Counted from the stretch's first letter, positions 1-12,566 are shown. The stretch is DNA of 64,000 nucleotides from Lobosporangium transversale (GCF_002105155.1 NW_019028979.1:868001-932000), one strand, 5' to 3'. Notes: a model not told the origin generated them from the sequence alone. Numbers and translations: made by a program.

Positions 1-1293
1 AATGGAAAGTCGAAATCTCACTAAAAAGAAAAAAGACGCGTCTTGGACTATGGATTTTAGGTTTTAGGAAACCAAGGCTCGATATAATGCTATGAGACAT
101 GTCTACCATATAGTATATAAAGAAGCATATTGGCTCACTTTGAAGGAGTGGCAGACATCGCGGCTTGACGCACAACCTCTTTCTGTTGTCTGTAGTGTAT
201 TAGAAGCACTGAAATCTGTGCAGCGATCAGCTTTTGTGCTCAGCTCTAGAACTAGAATACCTTACTGACACTGGAGTCTAGGGTATGTATACTCCTTCTT
301 TTCCTTATAAAGATAGTAATTGTATTCTTTATCGCAGATGGGCCTGGTGGGGATACCATAGCATTTGCTTTGTCATTATACTCGCTCCTCGGAACTTTTA
401 TACTATTCCCACCCTCTTTCTCTCCCAGATGTTATTGCAGGAAGAGATGTCATGCTAGGTTTGCCTGGTGATTTTACAAAGAGAGATAAAAAAGACCACT
501 AGCCCACCATTACAGAAGCAGAAAAAAAAATTCATTAATGAGAAAGGCGGAGGATAGAGACATAAAAGGTCAACAAGGAAAGGAAAGATAGCAGAAATTT
601 AGGGGAAAGCAAGGAAGAGGGCTGAATAATATTTTGTCAAACAAACTTAAGACAGCGCATACCTTTGATCCTTGACCTCCAAAAAAGTTCTCCACACCAA
701 GGGACTGCGCATTAAGCGAGAACTCCAATTGGAGAGTATCGAAGATCAACGCCCAATCCAAGAGGTGCAGAAACAAGACAAAAGGCGCTGGCATGAATAA
801 AGTCTTAGGCAAAAAGTCATCAGCAGTATCTACTGTTCTTTTTGCGAGATGAATTGACCGCATCGAAGCCATGGCTTGTGGCTCGTAATAATATTAGGTG
901 GATTACACATTCATGCGAATAAAGCTTAGTCAAACACCACCAGGCTGAAGCTTTGCCCAAATAAAAGGAAAGAATGCATGTACATGTGTATGCAAAAATG
1001 GCAATAGCTATTTCTTTTTGAGACCCTCTTCGCGTATAAAATGGAGGCACCTTGTGACAGTATATAGCCTTAAGCCTATAAAAAGGCTTGTTTTAATAAT
1101 TATAATAAAATCATCTTTTATCTCTCTTAATTATTACACACCCCCATCCAAAGTTCAGCACTAACACACAACCGAGCCAGTCTCAAGACTCGAACCTTTT
1201 CGCGTACACTAACACGTCTTTGCCAAGCTCTCAAGTGGTTCTCTCTATTTACCTCATATCCTCTTTGCCAACGGCCGCAAGTCTCATTGCATT

Positions 1294-1527
1294 ATGAAGT
1301 CGCTTACATCTATTATCGCAGTTTTCTCGGTCTGGGCAGCATGCATGGCAGTTGGTCAAGCTGGTTATGGCTGCTACAAAGGTCGATGCTGGGCCAATTG
1401 TGGTGTCAGCAGCTTGGAATGGTGCTACACTACTAAAGGCTCGACGTGGGACGGTCAGTACGTCCCTTGCTCATCGAACGGCGAATGCCAGCCCCATTGG
1501 TCGTGCGCTGGAGCCTGTACGGTTTAA
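1294..1527 (+). CDS. Small secreted cysteine-rich peptide (77 aa), possibly Tha p 2-like
   Basis: Hydrophobic signal peptide ending GQA. The ~54-aa mature part has 8 Cys (C-x4-C-x3-C-x7-C-x14-C-x5-C-x5-C-x3-C) with EWCYTT and WSCAGACTV motifs. Clean ATG to TAA. Confidence 0.85.
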   Translation: MKSLTSIIAVFSVWAACMAVGQAGYGCYKGRCWANCGVSSLEWCYTTKGSTWDGQYVPCSSNGECQPHWSCAGACTV

Positions 1528-2368
1528 CTCTATGTCTAGAGTCCTCGTCAACAAGTCGTTAAAAGCCAATGTATTTTTAAGCTTTTTAAATTGAATAAGA
1601 TACTTTCCATTTCTAGGCAGAAAAAAAAAAAGAATAAAGTCAAAATCGGTCACCAAATCGAAATTATGAATGGACTAGTAAGCAGGTAATGGGCACATGT
1701 AAATGGTAAATGAGAATAAGATATAGATCTGTACACCACACCCATGGGTTAAATATTTGCCATCTGGTGCAAAGGATATTGCCAGGCATCTATGTGTTTT
1801 TCTAAGCATGCTGTAGAATTATCGCTTATTTACATAGTTTTATTGCTACTAATATCTACTGTTCTTAACCACATAGTACATTTATATCTTTAATTAGTTA
1901 TCTTTACGAGCTCTTTCTCTTGCAAAAGTAAAATATGCAACAAAGGGTTTCCCAACTATTGGCAGCCAATTACTGTCAAAACTATTCTTTTATGGTTGCT
2001 GCTATTCCACGCTGTGCGGGATGCGCTTTCTCTTAAACGATTATTATCACAGCTTTGCATGCAACGGCTCCTGAAATGCTAATACCACTAATGCACAATT
2101 GCCAGAATTATCTTATCAGTCATAATATCAAACTATATACCTTCACAACTATATATACAACCGTATTTGTATAGTTGTCAGTTATATTACTCTTCCATTT
2201 ACGCTCTGAATGCTTAAATTGCGCCTGCACAGCATCGCTGAACGTTCGATGGAATGCTAAACGACCATCTAGATCGAAGGGACTATATCTATCTCTGTAC
2301 AAGATGATAATGTTCTGTCTCTTTCACAGCAATTTTTTATTTATCCACTAGCATCATCTCTTTGCAAC

Positions 2369-3065
2369 ATGGACAGCCTTAGATTGAATCGTTTGGAGGT
2401 TTCAGCAATCGCCTTATTGACAACTTCCTCAATAAAAAAGATCTAAACTGTATCCACGTCTCTAAGCCTTTTCATAGCTCTTACCAGATTCGTATGGAGA
2501 AAAATCATTGTTGGAAACAGCAGAGCCTTGCAGGGAAACACTGCAAAGGCATAAGGGTTGTTACCGAGGCTCAAGTTCATCGCATACGAAGGCGAATGTT
2601 CATGGCCTAAACCAATCCACCTTATCAACCAGATCAAGGCTTGCAGTTCCATCATCACTAGCTTTCACTTGACCGACGATATTGAATCTTTGCCGGAGTT
2701 CTGGGAGGCTTTACTGGAATGCGCCAACCTCAAGCGTCTGGAGCTTATTCGCATATATATGGAAACTGCTGCTGACCTATTCCTTCAAGTCTGCAAGAAA
2801 GTTAGGTACTGGGAATTGGAGGCTGTAGCCATCCATCAGCTACCTAACAGATCCCTAAGCGGCGTAGGCAGCGACAATGTTCTCCCAAATATGTGCATAC
2901 TACGCATTGATAACATCTGGTTAGCTCTGTCAAACCGTATCACCATCTACTATTCCCTCGGCATGTTTGTTAGGAGATGTCAAGAATTGCGTTCATTGCA
3001 TATTGGCGGCTCGGACGAGGAAGAACAAGCAAACTTCTAGGATAGCATCCCTTCGGCATCCTTGT
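2369..3065 (+). pseudogene. F-box/LRR family pseudogene, frameshifted and 3'-truncated
   Basis: ATG GAC AGC CTT AGA TTG AAT start resembles the family start (M..KLNPLDIPE). ORF 2558-3040 has WEALLECANLKRLEL, LFLQVCKK and LGMFVRRC. The F-box part is frameshifted and the C-terminal half is missing. Confidence 0.85.
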
Positions 3066-3422
3066 ACACCTGATAGTAGTGATAGTAGCCTTTCAAGAAT
3101 CATGGCATATTAACGCGGCCCACACTGCAAAAATGGATCTTTTGGGAAGGCAAGAAAAAGAAGAAGAAATAAAAAATGCACAATTCAATTTGCTGCTCAC
3201 CTAAACCACACACAGTGAAATAAATGCAAACAAAAGAAATTCGATTTGGCGTAAATGTAAAGATACCTTAGATGCTCAGTTATTATTATTCTTCTTATGG
3301 CTACATTTTATCATCATCTTCATCAAAGGCTGCGTGACAGTCATCGGTATGTAGATTCATATTGAATGGCTAAGGTGCGTGTCCTTTATATCGGATTCGT
3401 GAGTCAATAATGTATTTTTTCT

Positions 3423-4985
3423 TTATTTTACCAAAACGGATATTTTGCGCGACTTTAAGAAATCATATGCTAAGCTGTTTTCATCCATTGGGCCTTTTAC
3501 ACGACCATTCAAGTATTTGATTTCTGGCCAATTGTTCACCATCCATGCCGCGTCCTCAAGCTGTATTTGTTGACGATCATCCTTTTTGAACGCTAGCATA
3601 TACAGATTCTTCAGTTTGGCTAGTTCATCCAAACCTGCTCTTAGCTTCAAGTCCAGAGTCCGTACTCCTCTATTCATTGGGCTCCACCCAGTTAGGTTAA
3701 GATAATGTAGCCGAGTTAATCTCCCTAGTTGTCTGAATGCAATTCGCGCTTTTGCCATGCCTTCTTCAGTCTCTTGATCAATATCTGCCTCGAGATCGAG
3801 CACCAGGTCAGTCAATCCAGTGCTAACCCATTCCGCTCCATTGACAATCTCCGTCACTGTGATTTTAGATCCTCTTAGTATCTTCAGTCGTGGGCAATTC
3901 GATAAAACCGTTTGAACCAAACCACTCATCTCAACGACGCATGCTTGACCAAAGATCAGCGTTTCAATTGTCTCACAAAGTCTGTGAAGTCTTGTTTCCT
4001 GTATCATGCGTCCATTATCCCATATCTCTTGCTTGCGTGCTAGCAATTCTTGTAAAGAAAGCTGGCTGAACTCACAAAATGCTGCATTTAACTGTGTTAA
4101 TCCTGTCATCCATCTGAGAAGTGTCGCCATATCCCTGTCTTTTATCCTCATGGAAGGGAGAGACAGATCTGATAACTTTGTCAATTTCCAAGGATGCTGA
4201 AGGAATGCTAACCTGTAGAAATTATCATGTTCTAGCTGCTGAAGCTGGTGACACTCGCTGGACTCGTCAAATTTTAGTACGCGCAATCCTGGACATCTCC
4301 TAACTAACGTGCCGAAGAAGTGTGATGATGTATACGGTTGTGGGCGACTGTTTATTCTGACATTCCGAAAACGTAAGGTGTGCATACTTGAGAAAATATA
4401 TTCGCTGCCCTCATTCCTTAGGAAATCGATAGGTAGCCGGCTAATACATACACCATCCAAATCTAAGTACTGGAGTTTCTTGCAGACTTGAATCAATAAA
4501 TCGATATCATGTATAACAGAAATGCTAGAAGCCTCCAAACGATTGAGATTGGTACATTCCAGTAACGTCTTCCAGAGATTCGGCGAAGCTCGAATATTGT
4601 TCAGGCGAACCCCGGTGATGGTGGAACTGTTGGCCTTGATCAGATTGAAAAGGTGAGCGGGCTCTAGGTCCGATAGCCCATTGCCTTCGTATGTGATGAA
4701 CTGGAGACGATTACATTCGCGTAATGATCTATACTCCTCTGGAACACTGTATTTTTGAAACCTAATCTCCTCAATGTACTTCTTATTGGCCTGGAGTGCT
4801 TTGTCGCTAGGATTACTGGATGGAGGAGGTCTGATAATGACTATCTTCCAGATGGACCAGACAAAAGCGCTGTGAAAAGCTTTGGAGACACGGATACAGT
4901 TGAGAAGGTCTTTTCGATCGAGGAAGTCACCAATGAGCGAGACTATTTCAGGAATGTCCAAGGGATTCATTTTATTTTTGCTCAT
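3423..4985 (-). CDS. F-box/LRR (RNI-like) protein, intact, intronless, ~520 aa
   Basis: N-terminal NPLDIPEIVSLIGDFLDRKDLLNCIRVSKAFH (F-box-like), LxxLxL repeats, family motifs NGAEWVST and TLDLKLRAGLDELAKLKNL. Start chosen at MSKNK by homology to paralogs. Confidence 0.9.
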   Translation of the reverse strand: MSKNKMNPLDIPEIVSLIGDFLDRKDLLNCIRVSKAFHSAFVWSIWKIVIIRPPPSSNPSDKALQANKKYIEEIRFQKYSVPEEYRSLRECNRLQFITYEGNGLSDLEPAHLFNLIKANSSTITGVRLNNIRASPNLWKTLLECTNLNRLEASSISVIHDIDLLIQVCKKLQYLDLDGVCISRLPIDFLRNEGSEYIFSSMHTLRFRNVRINSRPQPYTSSHFFGTLVRRCPGLRVLKFDESSECHQLQQLEHDNFYRLAFLQHPWKLTKLSDLSLPSMRIKDRDMATLLRWMTGLTQLNAAFCEFSQLSLQELLARKQEIWDNGRMIQETRLHRLCETIETLIFGQACVVEMSGLVQTVLSNCPRLKILRGSKITVTEIVNGAEWVSTGLTDLVLDLEADIDQETEEGMAKARIAFRQLGRLTRLHYLNLTGWSPMNRGVRTLDLKLRAGLDELAKLKNLYMLAFKKDDRQQIQLEDAAWMVNNWPEIKYLNGRVKGPMDENSLAYDFLKSRKISVLVK

Positions 4986-5346
4986 GTTGTAAAGAGATGA
5001 TGTCAATGGAGTAGAGAACATGAGACATGTGTCATTGCCGCTTGACACTTTTTTATTTTTTTTTTTTTTTTGTACGTGCATGGGACTCACCCCCTGAAAG
5101 ATTGAAACCATCTATCCTTTATTGATGTCATTGTGGTCGTCTTTCCTAACCAATTGTCATTATTAAATAAGTCTGCCTTTTGCATGAATTATCAACTCAT
5201 TTTCAGACCTGGTGCCTTCCTTCAAATCATCCCTTGGCTACATTGCAGTTTAACTTTAAGCTCACAGTCATCCTATGCAGGCATAGATAGAGCCCATAAA
5301 GCCTTGTTCGATCTAGACATTTGTCAGGAATATAGACTAAGGTGTA

Positions 5347-5682
5347 CACCAAAATTTTGTTTATGTGGACGATTTACTAAGGAAAACGTCCATATATTTT
5401 TAAGGTTCCAATGAATTGGGAAGTATTCTTAACTTTACAAAATATATAGGCACATGTGACATTGCATTTATGGGTTCGCATAAATGCACTTGGATCCGGC
5501 CTTTTGTCCAACCTTTTGTCCAACCTTTCGTCCGGGAATGTGCATTTATGGGAACCCTTAAATGCAATGTCACATGTGCCTATATATTTTGTAAAGTTAA
5601 GAATACTTCCCAATTCATTGGAACCTTAAAAATATATGGACGTTTTCCTTAGTAAATCGTCCACATAAACAAAATTTTGGTG
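5347..5682. mobile_element. Palindromic MITE / foldback element, Tc1-mariner type (TA target duplication)
   Basis: Arms 5347-5489 and 5540-5682 are 143-bp inverted repeats with 2 mismatches. Ends are CACC...GGTG, flanked by TA at 5345-46 and 5683-84. The 50-bp spacer holds CCTTTTGTCCAA repeats. Confidence 0.85.
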
Positions 5683-5903
5683 TACATGTATATTCATATT
5701 ATGCAGAGACAGGCTATACTATTTTTTCAAGCATACAGCCGTTTACATGGTCTCCAACTTTCAATGGGTTCAAAGATAAAATATCTGGTCGTGGATTGTG
5801 TTCGTTTCTATAGAATATGGATATAGTGCTCAGAACAAGCACAGTCATGCCATTTTTTTTTTTAACAATCAAATGAAGCACACTCCATGAGCATCATTGC
5901 AAT

Positions 5904-7133
5904 ATGGACAGCCATAAATTGAACCTTTGGAGATTCCTGAATCCTCTTACTCATCAGCGATTTCCTCGATCAGGATGACCTTTTAAATTGTATCCATTGA
6001 AGAGATTACATTTCAAGACTTTGTATTTAGAGAATCTCTCTCGGCGCAGTATGGCTCATTACAGGGACTCAAGTCCGTCGTATACGAAGGACACTGTTCA
6101 TGGCCCACACCGACCCACCTTTTCAATCAGCTCACTAGCTTTTACGTGGTCAAAATTGACCCTTCGCCAAAGCTCTGGAAGGCTTTACAGGAGTGCGCCA
6201 ATCTCACTCACTTGAGGCTTTCTCACATAGAAAGGGCAATTGTTGATAGCCCATCATTCTTTTAAGTCTGCGAGAAAGCTAGGCACTTGGAATTGGACAA
6301 TGTAACCGTCCAACGGCTACCTATCAACGTCCTAAGTAGTGGGAACAGCAAATGTATTTGCCCGAATGTACGCACACTGCGTATTGAGAATGTATACATA
6401 AAGGTCCTCCCTTTTCGTATACCAGCTTGTATTGCCTCGCTATGTTGATTGGGAATTGTCTAGAATTGTGTTCATTGGATGCTGACAACCAGTGCGCGGA
6501 ATCTGATGAGCTAGACTTTTACAGAGTAGGACCCCTTCAGCACCACTGGATCCTGAATAACTTATCAGATCTGTGTTTACATATGACAATGGAGGATGAG
6601 AAAATAGTAGCAATTCCCAGATGGATGACTGAATTAAGGCGGCTAGATGTCCAAGATCATGAACTCGGCTAGCTTACTTTACAAGCATTGCTATCTAACT
6701 AGCAAAGGATATGGAGTAATGGACAAATAGTGCGAAAGGTAAGGATTTGGAGATCCTGTGGGAGACTGAAGAAGGCATGACAAAGGCGCGCCTTGCGTTT
6801 AGACAACTAGGCAAGTTGACTCAGCTAGAATGCTTTAGCCTGGCCGGGGGTTACTCCTTGGAGGAGCGTGGATCGACGCTGGACTTGAGGCTAAGAGTAG
6901 GTCTAGATGAACTATCCAATCTAAAGAGACTACACTCGTTAATGTTAAAAGATGATAAATACTGTCAAATGCAACTTGAGGAAGCGACATGGATGGTTAA
7001 CAATTGGCCAAGTATCAATTACGCGTATAGTATAATGGTCGTTGGTGAAAGTGAACCTACTGTGGTAGAGAAGTTCCTATATCCTTTACGTAAATTAAAG
7101 AAAAAAGAGGATAGCATTGTCATCGTAACTTGA
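5904..7133 (+). pseudogene. F-box/LRR family pseudogene with multiple frameshifts, stops and internal deletions
   Basis: Degenerate F-box start from ATG 5904. Fragments YCLAMLIGNC and ETEEGMTKARLAFRQLGKLTQL...TLDLRLRVGLDELSNLKRL...ATWMVNNWP lie in different frames. Confidence 0.88.
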
Positions 7134-7869
7134 TAGGGGGACAAGGACCTTGGACATGAGACTTTTAGTGCAACTCTACTTCCTGATGATTGTGTTATAA
7201 GAGCTACTATAGTAATAATAATGATAATAGCAATAATAAATTAAATAAAAAGCATTGCACATTGTCAAAAGTGGAGGATGGTTTCTCAACTAGAAGAGCC
7301 AACGCATGCGTTTGTATCAAAAAGATTTTTTTAACGGTTACCTCAACTATTTGCACAACTACTTCACTTGCTGCAGGAGATGTGGTTTAGCCAAAGAAGA
7401 AGTTGAACTGCGTCTTTGTTTGATTACCCTTCGTTTCCTTTTTTTTTTTTTTCTTTTCTTTTCTTTTCTTAAGCATCTCTCTAAACAGCTTCATCCGCAA
7501 CCTGAACATTGACAGAATACAGTGACCCTTACAGGACTACGTTGTTGTCAGGCTTCTCCTTTGTTATTTTTGGTACCAAGTTATCCTTCTTCGGCCGTAC
7601 GACGGCTCTGACTGTGCAAAAATGCATATGGCATGAACGCGCACATGCTCAACATCACTGAGTTCAATAAAATGATAATCAAATATTGAGACCAAAGAAG
7701 CTTCGTGACCTATATCCATCTCCGTACAAGATGGTAGAGAGCTGAGATGATAGAGCTGAATCATAACGTTTGTCTGTTTCGACGGCTATCAATAGTTGGT
7801 TGAGAGGAGGGAAGAGATCTGAACTGAGGAAATAATACTTGAGAAAGATAGACTGATTCAAGTTGAAAA

Positions 7870-9115
7870 GGCTCACAAAATAAGTATAGCGACTGGAAGT
7901 TTGAGGGATGAGAAAGTTATAATAAGAAAGGAAGCCATAATAAGAAAAGGGCGAAAACAACTGAAAACAACGTAAGAAAGCGAAGCATCGAAGGGAAACA
8001 AAGGAAGGATAAATCGAAAGTGAAGCGTCGAAGAGAAGCACATGAAAGTATATTTAAAAAGTGAAGGGCCAAGGAAAACAAATGAGGAAGTGAAGCAGCA
8101 AAAAAGAAAGCATAACAAGGAAGCGAAGCAGCGAAGAAAAACAAAGGATAGCATAGTGAAAAGGTGAAGCGTCGAGAAAAGCAAATGAAAAAATAACAAG
8201 AAAGCGAAGCAATGAAGGAAAGCGTAATAGAACATAACACGAAAGAGATGCGCCCAGGAAAACATAGAAAAGGATAACAAAAGTGGAGTACCGAAAAAGA
8301 GATGAAGGCATAACAGGAAAGTCAAGCATGGAAGAAAGAAATGAAAGCGTAGCAACCAAGTGAGGCATTGAAGGATAAAGTATGGAAGCGTAACAAGGAA
8401 TTGAACCATCAAAGGCTAACAAGAAAGTGAAGCACCAAAGGATAACAAAAAGTAACCATCAAAGGATAACAAGGAAATGAACTAGCAAAGAATAACAAGT
8501 GAAGCACCAAGGACAACAAGGAAATGAATCATCAGAGGATAACAAGGAAATGAGCCATCAAAGCACAGCAAGAAAGTGAAGCAGCAAAGAATAATAAGAA
8601 AGGAAGTATCAAAGGATAGCAAGAAAGCGAACCATCAAAGGATAGCAAGGATATGAACTAACAAAGGATAGCAAGAAAGTAAACCATCATAGGATAACAA
8701 GGAAATGAACTAGTAAAGGATAGTAAGAAAGAGAACCAGCAAAGGAGAATGAGTCAAAAGATAACAAGCGTTAAAGAAATACAAACGAAAGCATGACTAG
8801 AAAATAGAAAGCGAAACAAACGGAAGCATAGCAAAAAAGTGAAAGCAAATGAAAGTACAGAAAAGAAAGCGAATACCGGGAAGAAGTTTTTTTTTATATT
8901 TTTTTTCTTCAAGGGTAAGGGATTGTATAGGGTGGTCGGGTGGACAGTCTCAGGTAAGTAAGGTAAGTACCAAGAAGTCAATGAAAGTAAAAGTAAGAAA
9001 AGAAAACACCAAACAACAAAACGCAAAAAAAAAGTAAACAAAAGTACTAACGAAGAAGAGAAGTAGCAGAAAAGGTTAATAAAAGTGAGGAACAGGACAA
9101 GGAAGCAAGAAAGAC
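7870..9115. repeat. Purine-rich degenerate minisatellite, with clear 26-bp units at ~8385-8746
   Basis: Successive units such as AAAGGATAGCAAGAAAGCGAACCATC and AAAGGATAGCAAGGATATGAACTAAC. Strong A/G skew on the + strand. The overlapping Phe/Leu-rich minus ORFs are artefacts of this skew. Confidence 0.75.
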
Positions 9116-10252
9116 TACACCATTAGATGTCCGACCCCGTATCAAAGGCGCGTCTCCAGAACATTTGGACACTCTCGCTTTCGAACACTCGTGAAAAAAA
9201 GGCAAGAGTATAATTATATCTGTGAACGTGCTATTATTATTTGATTGGTACCTGATTTACATGTTACTTCATGGGAGCAATCCAGCACTTGCACTAATTA
9301 TTCTTTCATATCTTTTACTGCTATTATCTTTATAACAATGAGGATGTAAACAAGACCTGCCGCTACCGTATAACTAATGGTATCATAAATAGAGATTTAA
9401 TGTTTCTACTATAATGATTAATTCAGGCTTCATTTCTTGCAGACTTCTGCTTTTGGTGCCTGATGTTTATTCTTGTTTTCTTTTATCTTGTGAACGAGGC
9501 ATCTCTTAGATGAATATTATTATACCCGAAGAAAGGCGTCTTTGATGAGAGGACATACAAGAAAGGCAAACCTTCGCCTACGACGGAGTTACAACATTAC
9601 CAATCCCTCTTCTGCTGAAATGACTTTCCGTCCAGTGTGGTGTCATGAGAAAAAGTAAAATTTATTATTTTGGATCTTTTATTGGCCATAATGGATACGA
9701 TCTTCATGCAGTTCTTTAATAGAAGATTGTTGGCAAATGCTCTTTTTCAATAGTTCAATAGTTCAATAGTTCAATAGTTCTAGATTCTCGGCGCTGATTG
9801 TTTTTGAAATGGGGGCCTTTATGACTCTAAGATCATCAAGTTGTCATCCCCATAACACGAATCTTTTGACTTGGATCTCCTCTTGTTCAGCAGGAAATGT
9901 TCGGGATGTAAACACTCTTGTGGTATTGGAAGGGATGGCAACTGTTATGGTTTGTGAAGTATCCCATATAACAACGTTAAATTACTTAACATCCATGTTC
10001 AGAAAGTGTGAGCGACAATAAAACATGTGAAACACGGAAACAACCAAAGCTGTATTTTTCTCTTAAAAGTGATCCTACGAAATGAAGTGGTCCATTGTAT
10101 GGCGAGCGTCTTCGTTTGAGGCAAGATATTCCTTGCAGTGATATACATGGGACTGATATGGTTTTTTGCTATCATGTCAACATTTTCATTTCTCTATTTC
10201 AGAAAAAAAAGAAAACTCATGTTGGTATACTCAGTACATCAGTACGATACAC

Positions 10253-10450
10253 GACCTTCGTATTCACGTATCTGTCTACAAAATATTTTTCACTTAAGTA
10301 CACTATGAAAAGTCTTTGGAACACGGATGCAGTTTACAGGATTATGTCGATTGAGGAAGCCGCCAACGATTGAGATGGTTCCTAATATGTCCTCTTTTAT
10401 TTTTATCACAAGTTTCATTCGATTGACTGCCTTAAAAAGATGCATGTATT
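10253..10450 (-). repeat. ~200-bp duplicated segment containing a degenerate F-box 5' remnant (copy 1)
   Basis: Direct repeat of 12567-12792. The minus strand reads as decayed F-box sequence (..GGFLNRHN.VNCIRVPKTFHSVL). Confidence 0.8.
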
Positions 10451-11980
10451 TATATTGTGCGGCGCAAGTAAATCACACATCAACTTGCCATTCCAGTACT
10501 CGATTCTTGGCCAATTGTCCATGATCCATGTCGCTTCCTCAAGATCTATTTCTTGGTGATCATCATCGTTGAACGATAGCTCACGCAGCCTCTTCAGGTT
10601 GGCTAGCTCATCTAGACCAGTTCCTAGTCTCAAATCCAGCGTCCGCGTTTCGCTATCATTTGAGTTCCGCTTTGTTAACTTAAGAGACCGTAGTTGAGTC
10701 AATTTCCCAAGTTGCTTAAAGACACTACGTGCCTTCTCCATGCCCTCGGTAGTCTCTTGATCAATGTCCGCCTCCAGATAAACAGCCAACTCGGTCAGCC
10801 CAGTGCTCACCCATTCTGCTCCATTGGCAATCTCCGTCATTGTGATTTTAGGTCCCACAAACTCCTTCAGGCGTGGACAATTGGATAAAATAGCTTGAGC
10901 AATCCCATCCACATCGGTACCGCGCACATTGAACACCAATCTTTCAACAGTCTCACAAAGCTTCTGCGGCCTTGTCTTCCATACCATTTGTCCATTATCA
11001 AAAGCCTCTTGCTTGTCAGACAGCAATTCCTGCAGAGAGTGCTGACCGAGTTCACAACGAGGGATGTCTAGCCATTTTAACCCAGACATCCGTCTGAGGA
11101 ATCTCGCCGTGTTCTCGTCTTTTAACTGCGCGTCAAGCAAAATCAGCTCTGACAAGTTATCCTGAGTCCAGGGATGCTGAAGGAATGCTTCCTTGTAGAA
11201 ACTATCGCCGTCTCCCTCGAAGAAATCAAGAAATTCCAGTACACGCAATCCTGGACATCTTCTGACCAACGCCCCAAGGGAATATGCTTTTGTGTACGAG
11301 TGCTGGCTGTATACTCGGATGTCACAAAGACTTAGTGTGTGCATATTCGAGAGATTATAATCACTGTTCTCATTACCAAGGAAGCTGGCAGGTAGCCGGT
11401 TTAAGGATAGTCCATTCAAGTACAAGTACTTAATTTTCTTGCACACTTGGAGGAATACATCGATTTCGTCGTCTATATTTGTGTAAGTTACTTCTAGACG
11501 CTCGAGATTGGTGCATCCCAGCATTGTCTCCCAGAGTTCACGCGATGTTTGAGTATTGTTAAAGTAAAGTCTGGTGATGGTAGAGCTGTGGTTCTTGAGG
11601 AGAAGGCTCAAATGTTCATTCTGTTTGTAACGCATCCATCCTTCGAATGCGATGAACTGGAGACGATCGCATCCCTGCAATGACCAATACTCGTCTGGAA
11701 TAATAATTCTAATACTCTCGTCTGGTTGATCATCACTTCGAAATATTATCGCTTCAATGTATTTCTTGTGTTTCTGTAGTGTTTCGCCAATAGGATATTT
11801 CCTTTTAGTTTCGTAATGGTATTCGGCGACAAGGATGTTTTTCCATATACGCCCGATGAGGGTGCTATGAAAGCTCTTGGAGACGCGGATGCAGTTCAGG
11901 AGGTCATTTCGCTCAAGAAAGTCTCCAACAGGCGAGATGATTTCTGGGAGCTCCAAAGGATTCAATTTTGGATTGTTCAT
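10415..11980 (-). CDS. F-box/LRR protein, intact, intronless, ~521 aa
   Basis: MNNPKLNPLELPEIISPVGDFLERNDLLNCIRVSKSFH followed by LRRs. Close paralog of 45555-47138 and 50274-51797. Confidence 0.9.
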   Translation of the reverse strand: MNNPKLNPLELPEIISPVGDFLERNDLLNCIRVSKSFHSTLIGRIWKNILVAEYHYETKRKYPIGETLQKHKKYIEAIIFRSDDQPDESIRIIIPDEYWSLQGCDRLQFIAFEGWMRYKQNEHLSLLLKNHSSTITRLYFNNTQTSRELWETMLGCTNLERLEVTYTNIDDEIDVFLQVCKKIKYLYLNGLSLNRLPASFLGNENSDYNLSNMHTLSLCDIRVYSQHSYTKAYSLGALVRRCPGLRVLEFLDFFEGDGDSFYKEAFLQHPWTQDNLSELILLDAQLKDENTARFLRRMSGLKWLDIPRCELGQHSLQELLSDKQEAFDNGQMVWKTRPQKLCETVERLVFNVRGTDVDGIAQAILSNCPRLKEFVGPKITMTEIANGAEWVSTGLTELAVYLEADIDQETTEGMEKARSVFKQLGKLTQLRSLKLTKRNSNDSETRTLDLRLGTGLDELANLKRLRELSFNDDDHQEIDLEEATWIMDNWPRIEYWNGKLMCDLLAPHNINTCIFLRQSIE

Positions 11981-12566
11981 GTTGTAAAGGTTGTAGAGAG
12001 AGGATGCTGATGAACCTGTTCCCATAGCTGGCATTCTTTTTTTTTTTTGTTTTTGTTGTACACGTTGCACACTCTTTGGCCACAGCCAAGGTTTTCACAT
12101 TGTTCCTTGTCCACTCTTTGGTGAATGTTCTTTCTTCGTCCAAAAGCCCCATCAATACACTGTCGACTGTCGAACTATGCGAGAGTATAGGAATCTCGAA
12201 GTGTACAACCTGCCTCACATCTAACTTGCTGATTGAACGACATGGGTAGCTGCTTGGGATAGGTCATGTGAGACAGCGAAAAACAAACGAAGGGTGAATG
12301 TAGAAATATAGAAAGAGAAGCCTTCCGTTGATGTGATAAATGGATTGCATGTTCCAACCCGGAATCAATACGCTAAAAAGACTTAACATTAGAAATTAGT
12401 GGCAATAACGAGTCATATTCATTAATGCGATAAAATCCATGGTGCGAGGTTTTAGAACGGACCGATGTCATCTTATAGATCTTATAGATAGATACGTAGT
12501 TATCTGGTACAGGTGCCTCCACCAGAAAATGAATAAATAGGTGTGGACCCATATCTTATTCTCACC

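Noticed and set aside
5377..5652. Two mirror-image 78-aa ORFs on opposite strands
   Set aside because: Artefact of the palindromic element; non-ATG starts and no protein features.
8385..8746. CRISPR-like array
   Set aside because: Units are contiguous and degenerate with no unique spacers; eukaryotic context and no cas genes.
7679..9041. Hydrophobic Phe/Leu-rich minus-strand ORFs that look like membrane proteins
   Set aside because: Open in all three frames because the strand is T/C-rich repeat DNA.
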